Shown one piece after another: positions 12,201 to 19,831 of a stretch of 64,000 nucleotides of DNA; the first letter of the stretch is position 1; every line of letters starts with the position of its first letter. Source of the stretch: a virus; the IMG/VR virus record IMGVR_UViG_3300025127_000009, positions 32,001 to 96,000 of that record. One strand, written 5' to 3'. The translations under genes were made by a program, and so were the position numbers. The notes below the pieces were generated by a model that had not been told where the DNA came from, made no database searches, and saw nothing but the letters and a program-made list of their open reading frames with translations.

Positions 12201-15200
12201 GATGAGTGCTAAAATCTTTTGACTACTGTCGTTAGCATTGGCCTTTATTCTAGGACCTGTTGTTACAGCAGCAGTAGATGCAAGATGTGTTGCCCAACCT
12301 TCTGGTACAGTGTCTACTGTTTCAGAAGAAAAACTATCTCTGTATTGTGTTTTTCCAACCTGATCAGAACTAGGTACACGTCTACCATATCGCGCTCGCT
12401 TGTGATCTATATTTTTAGGCCAACTATAATTACCTTGGCTAAAATAAGATGCATTGAATGCATTAACTCTACGGCCTGCATTGCTTTCATTTAAGAACGA
12501 TTCATCGTTAAATTCGAGTAAACCATTTTCATCTGGCGTGATCGTACCTTTTAATACTGGTGCATATATATTTCTCTTTCGCAACAATCTACCAAGTTGT
12601 GATTCGCCGCCTCTTATTTGTTTCCAACTAGGCCATCCATATGGACCTTGGCGATGCAAAATTGTTCCTGTTAGAAATTGACTGTTTATCGAACTAACTG
12701 TATTAGTATCCGTGTTGATATTGTCAATAACATGTGTATTCAAGCCCGCGAAGTCAAGCACATATTTTCTTATATTGCTACCCCGCTTTTCTTTTATTGC
12801 TGAGCCTGTTAAAAATTCATATGTTCTTTCATAACGCATAGAACCGGTGGCTGTTCCAAGAGACGCCTGTGTAAAAGAGTGTAGGTGCCCTGGAATTTGA
12901 TTTCTAACCAAGCCGTCTCTCAAAGATGCTGATATCCAGGAGTATTGATGATCATTTTGCGGTATCGGATGAGTAACAAATTTATTATCTTTTACTTTTT
13001 TAATTGTTACTGTACTGTTACTACTACCATGCGATCCATCGAAATACGCCACTCTTCTTGGTCGAGTGTTAATATTTATTTTATGATCTGTTTCCAGATT
13101 TGTAGAACCAACACTTGAACTATAAGAAAGGTGATCTAAGTAGTTTCTTGGTCCCCGCACTGATAAATTACGATAATTCATTGAGTTGTAAACAGAAAAT
13201 TGATTTGTTTCTCTATCTAAACTTTGACCACCTCTTGAATCTCCAGCAACCTCTGTGCCGCCAGGTGCAGAAAACCTTGATGTAATTGTATTTTTGCGTG
13301 TGGTTCTTGGTAACTTGCCAAATTCTTTTGCGCCAAAAAGAGACTTTGTGATGGCCTCAATGGGATGTGCAAATACGGCTCCACCATTCAACGGGTCGGT
13401 GCGGCCAGTTTCGCTAATTAGAATATAATCCGATCCAACTGCTACCGCAGCACCAAGTTCGCGTTGTCCTGCACTCGAAGGAGTAAACCTAAATTTTTGT
13501 TCCCAGTTGGTGCCATTTCTCTGAAACAAGTAGGCTGCGCCAGCATAACTATTATACCTCGCTGCACTCACAACGACATTATCACCAGAAATGGCCACTA
13601 CTTGGCCAAACTGTGAGTTCCCTGCCCTATCCGACGCAACAATTTTAGCCTGTTGGGACCATGTTCCGCTAGATTTTTTGAATATATATGCAGAACCTGC
13701 CAAGCCCAGAGTGTTGCCACCAGCAGCATCTTCGTCTTCAAAGTACGCTCCAACAACAATGTAGTCGCCTGATATCGATACACTAGTGCCAAACTCATCA
13801 ACGCTATTTCTATCAGAAGCAACAATTTTTTGAGTTTGAGACCAAGTTTCGCTTGATCTATCAAACACATATGCAGAGCCAGCCTTGCTCTTAGTGTTAG
13901 AGCCAGCAGCATCTTCGTCCTCTCGCGGTGCGCCGACAACCAAAGTATCGCCATCAAGTGAAACAGAGCGCCCAAATTCATCGTTGGCTGCTAAATCAGA
14001 AGAAACGACTTTTTGAGTTTGAGACCAAGTTTCGCCTGATCTTTTAAATATATAAACAGCGCCTGCCGACGTTGAATTGTCATGTGCTCCAACGGCTATA
14101 TAATCACCCGATATTGCAACGCCTTCTTCACCAAGGCTGAAGTCATCACCCGCTGCTCTATCAGAAGGAACAATTTTTTGTGTCTGAGCCCAAGTATTTC
14201 CAGTTCTTTTAAACACGTATGCGGAACCAGCAAGGCTTAGTGTATTTGAGCCTGCTGCGTCTTCATCTTCCTGTTCCGCACCAACAACAATGTAAGGATC
14301 ATCAATTGCAACAGAACTACCAAACTTATCTGTTGTGGCTCTATCTGAGGCCACAAGTTTTTGCATTTGCGTCCAAGTATTCCCTGTTTTTTTAAAAACA
14401 TACACAGAACCAGCACCACTAAGAGTATTAGAGCCCCCAACGTCATGGTCTTCTTGCGGAGCGCCAACAACAATGTAGTCGCCTGATATTGCTACAGAGT
14501 CGCCAAAATCATCGCCCAAAGCCGTATCGGAGGCTAAAAGAGTTGTGGGAGAACTAAGAGAGTTTATAATTGACTGTGATGTTGATGATGTTAATTGCTC
14601 AAGATTATCGACAACAAAACGCCCACTTTGTCTTGGTGATGTAAACTGCACAATATCAGATACGTGGCTGTAATTTCCTAGTGAATTTACTTTAATATTT
14701 TTTATATTTACAGGACTCTTCGCTAAAGGCTCTCTGAGAAAACGCGATGTAGCATAACTCTCATTAATTATTGGCACCTTCCCTGTTGTTAAGCCTGAAG
14801 CGTTAGGAGGAAGAACATATAATTTTTGGTCTTGCGCTAAAAGCCTAAAACCTTCAAACCGTGTAGTTTCAGAATCTTGTCCCTTATTTAAGCCAACATG
14901 TCGAAAAGCACTGCCACCAACAAACTTTTCTGTAAATGGAGACTGTAGCGTTACCTCTTTATCATCTCCATAAGCATCTGTGTGAAGGTTTGATATTTCT
15001 ACACCTTTCTTAACTTTGCTAAAAATTTCGGCGTGATAATCTTTTGGGTCATCCAAAGAACTACTATAAAGACTAAAAGGAGAAACAAGATCAGAATCGT
15101 GGTCTTTGCTTGTGTGAGATATATCTGCTGGTGCAGCCCACTTCTTTTTTTCGTTTGGAATTTGTACATCTGTGCAATCCACCCTTTGTATTTCAGAGCC

Positions 15201-18200
15201 TGTAATGGCAATGTAAGTTTTATGGCTTGGCTTTGTTACACCAGCATAAAATCTTCTTTTTGAATTACCGAAGAAACTACTACCACCCTTAACTTCTCTT
15301 TGGTTTTCTACAGTAAATTTATACGGTCTAGTTAACCTTCTTGTTACATATGTTGAGCCAGAAACATTAGTATTTGCAATTCTTCTAATGATTTCTCGGT
15401 CCCTATCTACAACAACGTTGCCGGAAGATGTATCAGTTACACGCTGTGCGCGTTCCTTCTTCCAAAGGCAATTATCACCACTCTTTGCCTTTACCACTGT
15501 AACAACATCTGGAATGGCAGGTTTTACAAAGGTGGCATTCATATTTGAATTAGAACCATAAGTAATTGTAAAAGTTCCACCCGAGTCATGAGTTAGTGTC
15601 ACAACGGAAGCCGTTCCATTGCCGCTGGAACCACCATCTGTTGTAACTGCTGCTGTTATTGCAACAGCGCCACTACTTGAGCCGTTAATTGCTGCAGCCA
15701 ACCTGGTGGCCATTGTGCCGTCACCAGGACCTCCACTGGCCGAAACAATATCGTCGTTACCATCGCCTATGTTCATAGTAACATAAACAATTCTGGTGCT
15801 TGAGCCATCATTTAACGTTATTGTGGAGTTACAACCAACACGACCACTGCATGTAAAACCAAGACTGCTACCATCAACAGTGCCATCAGGTATTGTTATT
15901 GTTGTACTGCCAGTATAACCTGCACCAGACTCAGTGATTATTCTATCCGCATCAAATGGTGCGTGCCCATGTTGCCAGTCATAAAGTAATTCGTTTATAC
16001 CTCTAACGTTACCTATGATTGTTGGCTCTTTAAGATTAATGCCTTGATATTTTGATCTGTATTTATTTCTCTCTAGGATGTGGCTTTCAATTACATTCTG
16101 AATGTCGTTAGATGATTCAACAGATGCTGGTATCAACTGATCAATCATAATCGAAAGGGAAGAATCAAGCCATTTGTAATACTCCATATACCTTTCAATG
16201 TCTGGTTCATTTTGTATTCTATCAAAAAACACCTGTCTTAGTTTTGACATTGCTTTATAGTCTTGACGGTATTTCTCGACAGGTGCTCCTATAAGATTAC
16301 TAAAGTCGTTTACACCAGCAAAAAAGTTCATCATCTCATCAGAAATTGCAGAGTACATGCTCTTTTCGAAAGAATAATAATAATCTATTGGTTTTGTTTC
16401 TCTGGTGAAAGTTTGATCATCATTAAGATTAATCTTAACCATATCAGAACTTCGAACACTTTCAAACGCCTGCAATTTAGCAGCGCTATCCATCTCCATA
16501 TCTACACTAGATGTGGTAGAGACAGCAAAATTTATTCCTTTTGCAGGATGCAATACTTTAGTTATTGCCCCAACCTTTCCAGCCCCAAGTCTATGTACAT
16601 CGTTTAAAGAACCAGAAGAGACATCATTAATCCACATTTGTCCCGTTTTGTTAGAGCCTGTTAGATTTGAAAAATCCCAGTTTATAGCAAGTAAATCAAT
16701 TTGAGGTATTTGAACATTTCCAATATTACTCAAAGGAAAAGACATCTGTGAAGGGCTCAATAAACCATACGAAGAAGGATCTATAGCGTGCCTGCGAATC
16801 TCTTCTTTGTCTAAACTTGTTAGCCAGTGCCTAAAGTTAGCAACTTTTACATCTGTTTCTTCTTGTAACTGATCATCGAAATCTTTTCTATGCGCACCTA
16901 GATAAAATCTTTTTGATGCAACACCAAAATCTTGAGTCGTTGAATTTACGCCACCTTGAAAATGACATTGCACTGTAGCATTTGCAATACTGTCGGCGGC
17001 TTCTGTTTCGCCAATGTCACCAACTATACTTTGCGTAAAAGTAATTTTTCTATTACCTGCATCGAAAGTAGCAATTATTTCTCCATTGTGACCAGAGGCT
17101 GCATTAACAGCATTCATCAGATTTGTATATGTGTTGGTTACACTACCGGCGTCAATAGTTACCGAAATGCTTCCTGCAGTCACTGATCCGTTACTATCAA
17201 ACTCGTATCTTTTTGAAGTTCCCTGTGCCGAGATTAGATTTATGAAATTTCCATCTGCTGGAAGTTGATCACCTGAAGAGTTATATTGAATAAACGCACT
17301 TGCTGCCGTACCTGCCGTGTTAAAATCGCTTTGAACATGGTACTCTCTTTTTATAGCGTCACCTATCGACTCGCACGCTATTAATTCTATTTTATTTACA
17401 ACTGCACTACCAGAAACATTAGAAGAAAAAGGTATATCAGAGCCAACTCTTACTGCTACGTTCCACCTGTTAGAATCGTACAAATCTACAATATATGGTG
17501 TTTCAATGGTTGAAAACAAATTGTTTCTACATTTTAAAACAAATTTAGCAGTCCTAGAATCGTTTGTATCCTTTGCTACATAAAGTTGAAAGTTAGCAAC
17601 ATCGTCTGATTCTGACGTCCAAGCCAAAAGTGACCCATCTGCTAAGTATTTTTCTCCAGTTTTTGAGTCTGTTTGACCAGGTGTACCTGTTTTTTTGCGT
17701 ACAGTGTGGCATCCCATGATACTAGAACTTATTGGCGTTGAAAAATAAAATGGATGTCCAATTGCATATCTTGGAGGAAAGAAAACTTGAACTTGAGTTG
17801 TAGATCCAAAGTCTGAAAAATTATGTGCTTCGCTGACTAGTGTCCCTGTCACATATCCTCTGGCGTCTGCTAATCTATAGTCGCCTGTTAGGCCATCTAT
17901 TGTTTGTATAATCGAAGAATCTGTGTGCGCTTCTGTGCTAAAATTTACATATTTAGTCCTTACAGATACAGGACTATAACCATTCTCAATTGGGTACTCC
18001 GAGTCTGTTGAATATAGATTTATTTTTATAAGTTCGTTATCTATACCAAAGCATCTAAATAAGTTTCTAAATGATTTTTCAGTTCCCTTAGACTTATAAA
18101 TGGCTTCTAGATTGTTGTAAATGTTGTTGTATATAAAGTTTTTAACATCGGAAAGTTTCTGTTTAAACTCGTCATCTTCATTTCTGTTCAAGAATAAATT

Positions 18201-19829
18201 TATTGTTTCGGTATCCAAAAATAGTTCAGGAGTTACCAGGCCCAAGGATTCAAGTTTGATATCGTTAAAAGGGTGTGGTTTATTATCTAAACTGTGATAC
18301 TTTCTCTCCGTGATAGATCTAAAATCTTTTATCTGCTGGTATAAACTGTCAAAATAACTCGCTACAATTTGAGTTACTTTTCTTAGTTGATTTCCATTTT
18401 CCCCGTCTTCATCAATAATCCAAGCGGGCATAGTATAATAAAGGCTAGAGTTATTATCTAAATCATATGCATACCCTTGTTCTTTCTTCGCGTCAGTAAA
18501 AGCAAGAACTTTAGGATGTTGCCTGTAGATGATTGGATCTTTAAACTCTTTAAATGAAGAAGAAGACTCGGTAATTGCTGAGCCATTATTCCTACCAACA
18601 CCAGCATAACCAACCCACTGCCCATTTGTAAGCCTACCAGAGTAATCTAAAATAACATTATCTATCTCATTTACTCCTGTGGTACCCTCATTGAACTTAT
18701 AATAAACTCCCAACGGTGTGTTCGCAACATCTTCATTAGAGCCTGCGCCAACCTGTGTGTTAAAGAATCTTCCGACTTCCTTGGAAGACCTTTCTTTCTT
18801 CCAAAACCTAAACTCGTCTAACGAGCCAGACAGTTTTCCGTAACCCAAACCTGCTGTACTCTGATGAAAGTCTCGATTTATTGTAGACAGCGTATTCTTA
18901 CCAGTGGCCAATGCCCCTATTACTCCAACTATAGGCGTATTAAGTTCTCCGACTGCAGAACCTGTTAGGGTAGAAAATTTGGGTGTGCCGTCAATATAAC
19001 CTCTAACTAAAACTGATCCTGAAATATTTTTAAAAGTAAACGCATAATGATGCCAGCCACCATCTTTAACTGAATTATATAAAGTTGAATCTCCAAAATT
19101 TAAGTTTTTGAATCCCGTAGTGCCCGACTGGTATGTCAAGTAAAATGGAGATTTTGAACCATTGCTCGAATCTAGTTCTATAGTCATGCGTCCGTGGCCT
19201 GACTTACTTTCACCTGTGCCTATTGTGTGCGCATCAAAGATTACCTCTCTTTGAGTTTTAGCAGTAACATACTCTGTCTTCTTCAGCCAAAACTCGACTG
19301 TGTTGCCTCTATTCCCATTGATTTCTAAATTAGAAGACCTAAAACTTGCAGTGCTATAAAAGTTGCCAATATTTGGGCCACCTTTTATATAGATGTATTC
19401 TTTTGTACCCGGATTTCCGTAAGACCCACTTGTGGTGCCTGAACTCCAGCCATTGCCGCCGGCTCGATTAGCACTTATTGTTATAAAACCTGTTGTTCTA
19501 GGGTATTCTTTTTCAAATAAATGAAGGTCAAAACCACTAGAGTTGTTGAAATATTCTTGCTTTTCTCTTAAAGAACCATCGTAAGGATATTCTTCCTGAA
19601 TTCTTTTTATGCCTGCTTCATAATATTCTGCCAAAGAACCGAATACTGCAAAGTTGGAACCTGTAGTGTAATCAGTGTGCGCTTTAAAACTATTTTTATC
19701 TTTGATATAGGCTTCGACGTAACCAATAGACTCTACATCATCAAGATATTGAGTAAAATTAGCCAGACTAACAATGTCTTTTTTAACGTCTTTACTGACT
19801 CTATCGCCAAATAACCTTTTTAAACTCAT
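3225..19829 (-). CDS. Giant (5534 aa) mosaic baseplate/adhesin-like virion protein: LamG domains, gp7/tail-protein-I-like segment, FG-GAP propeller, reelin-like domains
   Basis: Uninterrupted 16.6-kb ORF two genes downstream of the gp6-like gene. LamG motifs (NTVEFWLKK...GWHHYAFT...LDEFRFW), a wedge-like segment (YYTMPAWII...QIVASYFDSLYQQI) and seven FG-GAP repeats. Confidence 0.8.
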   Translation of the reverse strand: MSLKRLFGDRVSKDVKKDIVSLANFTQYLDDVESIGYVEAYIKDKNSFKAHTDYTTGSNFAVFGSLAEYYEAGIKRIQEEYPYDGSLREKQEYFNNSSGFDLHLFEKEYPRTTGFITISANRAGGNGWSSGTTSGSYGNPGTKEYIYIKGGPNIGNFYSTASFRSSNLEINGNRGNTVEFWLKKTEYVTAKTQREVIFDAHTIGTGESKSGHGRMTIELDSSNGSKSPFYLTYQSGTTGFKNLNFGDSTLYNSVKDGGWHHYAFTFKNISGSVLVRGYIDGTPKFSTLTGSAVGELNTPIVGVIGALATGKNTLSTINRDFHQSTAGLGYGKLSGSLDEFRFWKKERSSKEVGRFFNTQVGAGSNEDVANTPLGVYYKFNEGTTGVNEIDNVILDYSGRLTNGQWVGYAGVGRNNGSAITESSSSFKEFKDPIIYRQHPKVLAFTDAKKEQGYAYDLDNNSSLYYTMPAWIIDEDGENGNQLRKVTQIVASYFDSLYQQIKDFRSITERKYHSLDNKPHPFNDIKLESLGLVTPELFLDTETINLFLNRNEDDEFKQKLSDVKNFIYNNIYNNLEAIYKSKGTEKSFRNLFRCFGIDNELIKINLYSTDSEYPIENGYSPVSVRTKYVNFSTEAHTDSSIIQTIDGLTGDYRLADARGYVTGTLVSEAHNFSDFGSTTQVQVFFPPRYAIGHPFYFSTPISSSIMGCHTVRKKTGTPGQTDSKTGEKYLADGSLLAWTSESDDVANFQLYVAKDTNDSRTAKFVLKCRNNLFSTIETPYIVDLYDSNRWNVAVRVGSDIPFSSNVSGSAVVNKIELIACESIGDAIKREYHVQSDFNTAGTAASAFIQYNSSGDQLPADGNFINLISAQGTSKRYEFDSNGSVTAGSISVTIDAGSVTNTYTNLMNAVNAASGHNGEIIATFDAGNRKITFTQSIVGDIGETEAADSIANATVQCHFQGGVNSTTQDFGVASKRFYLGAHRKDFDDQLQEETDVKVANFRHWLTSLDKEEIRRHAIDPSSYGLLSPSQMSFPLSNIGNVQIPQIDLLAINWDFSNLTGSNKTGQMWINDVSSGSLNDVHRLGAGKVGAITKVLHPAKGINFAVSTTSSVDMEMDSAAKLQAFESVRSSDMVKINLNDDQTFTRETKPIDYYYSFEKSMYSAISDEMMNFFAGVNDFSNLIGAPVEKYRQDYKAMSKLRQVFFDRIQNEPDIERYMEYYKWLDSSLSIMIDQLIPASVESSNDIQNVIESHILERNKYRSKYQGINLKEPTIIGNVRGINELLYDWQHGHAPFDADRIITESGAGYTGSTTITIPDGTVDGSSLGFTCSGRVGCNSTITLNDGSSTRIVYVTMNIGDGNDDIVSASGGPGDGTMATRLAAAINGSSSGAVAITAAVTTDGGSSGNGTASVVTLTHDSGGTFTITYGSNSNMNATFVKPAIPDVVTVVKAKSGDNCLWKKERAQRVTDTSSGNVVVDRDREIIRRIANTNVSGSTYVTRRLTRPYKFTVENQREVKGGSSFFGNSKRRFYAGVTKPSHKTYIAITGSEIQRVDCTDVQIPNEKKKWAAPADISHTSKDHDSDLVSPFSLYSSSLDDPKDYHAEIFSKVKKGVEISNLHTDAYGDDKEVTLQSPFTEKFVGGSAFRHVGLNKGQDSETTRFEGFRLLAQDQKLYVLPPNASGLTTGKVPIINESYATSRFLREPLAKSPVNIKNIKVNSLGNYSHVSDIVQFTSPRQSGRFVVDNLEQLTSSTSQSIINSLSSPTTLLASDTALGDDFGDSVAISGDYIVVGAPQEDHDVGGSNTLSGAGSVYVFKKTGNTWTQMQKLVASDRATTDKFGSSVAIDDPYIVVGAEQEDEDAAGSNTLSLAGSAYVFKRTGNTWAQTQKIVPSDRAAGDDFSLGEEGVAISGDYIAVGAHDNSTSAGAVYIFKRSGETWSQTQKVVSSDLAANDEFGRSVSLDGDTLVVGAPREDEDAAGSNTKSKAGSAYVFDRSSETWSQTQKIVASDRNSVDEFGTSVSISGDYIVVGAYFEDEDAAGGNTLGLAGSAYIFKKSSGTWSQQAKIVASDRAGNSQFGQVVAISGDNVVVSAARYNSYAGAAYLFQRNGTNWEQKFRFTPSSAGQRELGAAVAVGSDYILISETGRTDPLNGGAVFAHPIEAITKSLFGAKEFGKLPRTTRKNTITSRFSAPGGTEVAGDSRGGQSLDRETNQFSVYNSMNYRNLSVRGPRNYLDHLSYSSSVGSTNLETDHKININTRPRRVAYFDGSHGSSNSTVTIKKVKDNKFVTHPIPQNDHQYSWISASLRDGLVRNQIPGHLHSFTQASLGTATGSMRYERTYEFLTGSAIKEKRGSNIRKYVLDFAGLNTHVIDNINTDTNTVSSINSQFLTGTILHRQGPYGWPSWKQIRGGESQLGRLLRKRNIYAPVLKGTITPDENGLLEFNDESFLNESNAGRRVNAFNASYFSQGNYSWPKNIDHKRARYGRRVPSSDQVGKTQYRDSFSSETVDTVPEGWATHLASTAAVTTGPRIKANANDSSQKILALIGTANTTFASYTALNETFNLGFGFTGTPDSNLKHLRSVEYSVPFSAPLVIKYEFIVGSDSAGPSQDFSLTNAPEAQEDLFLQYKIGETGKYKTLHHIKGSELAKNTFHERFAVIDEPANKVFFRWVSIKINTSDHDHYGIRGVRVNKLGTDYRFNEPPVTINKYPIRTLSKPTTGNQLPVLASYTFSNNITNFANEELAIITDTKLTKKQKKNTLKRIDQFSLFPLNNEAYEPALYYREGIFPKEKNAFLKSSRGRPNFKLKFWRKDHKSRIQRDALNSQGEKISRLSVWPLDAQQNFKTVALRKTTDRLLGTDSTGAEKGVGSGELFAEYSIFHNNHMIPSASALFARPFPMQSTSSLPARNKYKILKLSGSYSNNMQPRGPYTFRSKTVNVPGAKKAFAVLRLESQPTNGKTLLLTSTDGIVYRFTANTTVTAPGDTVGDNVGQSSVKRLADRRYRIGADVSETIDNFIQMVNLTDSTEIDPSGNEFIATKEERPTGIGAATQTYVVITQTRPGATGNTVITGTSIDGSDSGTWYVATKNSAGSVSNTFIDGSNSVDSFESNIDTIPTFYPKNSSDFSYGVEVGFPPIGWACMGGDTAVINLDGSGNNTGDSSGTNTTCTIEDFTLGQHHHGGSNSGSLGAFRVSKLSLDANGKHVRTREDGTTVNVAGNASGLSTYQGIDTVEFRQRIKLTEPLVLKLKAGYDGGVTYYGMRKSLLVSQPLASLDRQTTVSAAAAKGLPRLNFNSSNATYSWARTTSSYQFPGVIRYHANSSDGFDGRPQNRFPLYVQVGSSKDGTWHTVGVLTGSALTSSYDPSYVPIISSTDNFSTDNRVKYHHFEHTVTASIKGNIRFLTYADIPSSTNTLHNQFGSSFNRSQWLITFVNVYETKEVERQIFFDREDFSSRVGVGITEMHNTASLDGNHNAGGNTTAGGTIRLPRKNNLFRTGFGAEVQTAGTVREYFSPNVSSFGESLIVPAAVDFKNINNYADIRYTNIKTPGFIQGFEDASGSYDFEVRVTSSKAPHMIYAKNDKLDNCLWGSQFYKVPEDEARNPFNFDSYEDFSYQSKLLAKGYSVLPEFRISEHMHHYINDVGGEDPFFSCRDTFLTLTGALGDSNSSSTGSGDFYKTYSHTDFMKQFNVVQESINETYPATSDGSVSPTRLTLTCRAFKKFLPYKGFYPADRMTQLASYFSSSYNQYVSGGHWRNVLAPYYAPGIGFNTVKSGIAVDYPVFEPHEDRLYNQYGVIFQSASLLADFKGSYFGIGEENYSSKDANGDTQFDFTGPGDSVIVNSNTTFAEVKNGIAHIYAGAALGDGDTFVITSLDGTAKTYTAKTSPSEVESNLQFAKSADITNENPTDTSGRFWADGLISLIESASGHNGKIACTTAERARRDFGPFYGTSFTFYADADAPKSVIVLIGVKTIVYSGTPSKHADENAGSSNMTAVVARQFDAGFVSKNRIEIGDASHWGQALTGSDFENDGKFGISFWMYLPSTNETDPNVSSNNRVHRNGVGDSRLLGQRGVICSLGSGNDATKNSWRTGLHLTYQVSPFMDNVSETENILGGSTSNDLVGSDGSTPDAAAVDNATTRGGDHPQAADFKYSPGDKSHAQIYFQLFGGNGKNYFCWQSGPGMTSTGSMPGNPLVEADWAHPGWNHFYVEADLKSRELQHFKVFRNGHQYDTDRGASQAGETNTSKDHNNAPFGNLGRTHVQYFHSAYDHTNSTSTRTTWTDAASHGGTPGTAGAPILLDGSRNCFIGNHLGNVNRINSHMMSGSYSQAMAVVEITNASNFNALSDATTIFSFNTTDGETITFKAASSTTTRGDFNPTAMNVAKSADDITIAKNIWKAVNAHPKLYAEINVSVAKVDIYQLLPGPAGNVTITNNQIGCLRFLNDNKFVGGEGGLGAYHYSEQKRAVARQGLTNQVDRSNAVAGELNARGGLFAPRTKDFLLDFLKPSELMMSEIVIVNKSLSNDEIKGLSGVVKNPKFNNNFTSSFGVSSPSRPRVNSSGKFIGPTNPYTIIDKSKHDNIVAWYRPGNDTGYNKKTTNEAQNAAGGRHATTNRLPVFNHAQPLHSGKVITAQTGSVNAYGLREDFPFTKNFLSGTFYGFTDWSGSIVNDIPAMEKQRQRWNGIVDVSNPYQYTYIYHSTENPGLATLAGAASFGAARSAAFRYKTWRFPFKSQTRGVASGDYWTPDDFGQEKNVIAFEGTFKDFALQITGAVRLPSYIQGSKHNFTDDNSIPRIGSASYGISHFTGSGDDSTVFSHGWRSLHGNTGIRKAVRIPFEAIIEPEIFTPPMGDDGEVNTALFYDMEPHPSASLNATFLRNRRFVGTDGTSKDKFVFKSDFNPLRADGVTSEYSSDDRFVMGLPKHSASNLATFNMDLAKSKSSLYAAAAHNFYAESLNFFIENRTGVTIRSSDELKEAVVHEVDDRIGGNIPYKMQISLVRADVAEERNRPGDNPMYNNPAAFGPPVDAGSSRTQIFGNDLPRSLTQVGYGFSPYTPPQYDKVAFVDYTFTPQDDVVYDSVESVLRDTEVVYSRQIRATGSVGHRGSGKSNNRKTVPSYNKRFAMQLSESFYGLSADNETAFVQSYNVNGEPISGKRSLVIQTKFECPTFDFTKVTSNQPRTDKTVQHLPKIKGIWHQSGDFGENALRPRVSIIGNKRPSRYKRDLKSLLGVQLEGDGIIGKMPEQRVISEAVVAIPFVTSQNTKQFFKLPEEEVYQAVRDQGFPNYKQLTEQDIADQRTNAGILDNILFSDQDDPRRTLNDGVTKVPVRNSVAEMVKNMLRYNIPPQLNFLKYNDKNGKYIEPFAMYIFPFDVTLSKQDIARIWQNTTPDIGLDFAFGQARRNGGEQTIQEVTVSHELFGAEDLLNPNVSLTEVPRTGWRVNGWKGGISQKLQWMVFKVKQKAETDFFRKKQLDRLPDGHPEKIVSIEKDKFNYGFNWPYDYFSLVELINLDAEVEFKFKRSLIVPDASGLVQLKHLLGRAPR
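13360..14545 (-). repeat. Seven tandem FG-GAP (integrin-alpha-like) repeats forming a beta-propeller
   Basis: Seven units of consensus K(I/L)VASD...D.FG.SV(A/S)ISGDYIVVGA..ED.D..G.N....AG(S/A)(A/V)Y(V/I)F.R.G.TW.Q. Some blades share nucleotide blocks (e.g. caacaatgtagtcgcctgatat near 13755 and 14468). Confidence 0.9.
18790..19320 (-). other. N-terminal LamG/concanavalin-A-like domain of the giant protein
   Basis: TVEFWLK, GWHHYAFTF, GSLDEFRFWKKERS motifs typical of LamG-like jelly-rolls. Confidence 0.8.
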
Positions 19830-19831
19830 CT

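Noticed and set aside
13598-14473. Alternative-frame ORFs with repeated text (13598-13981, 14237-14473)
   Set aside because: They are off-frame shadows of the FG-GAP repeats, with no independent motifs or RBS.
3225-19829. Eukaryotic or NCLDV origin suggested by integrin- and reelin-like domains and the glycosylation genes
   Set aside because: gp25/gp6-like baseplate genes, a gp55-like sigma factor, SD-like sites, overlapping operonic genes and a peptidoglycan amidase point to a bacteriophage.
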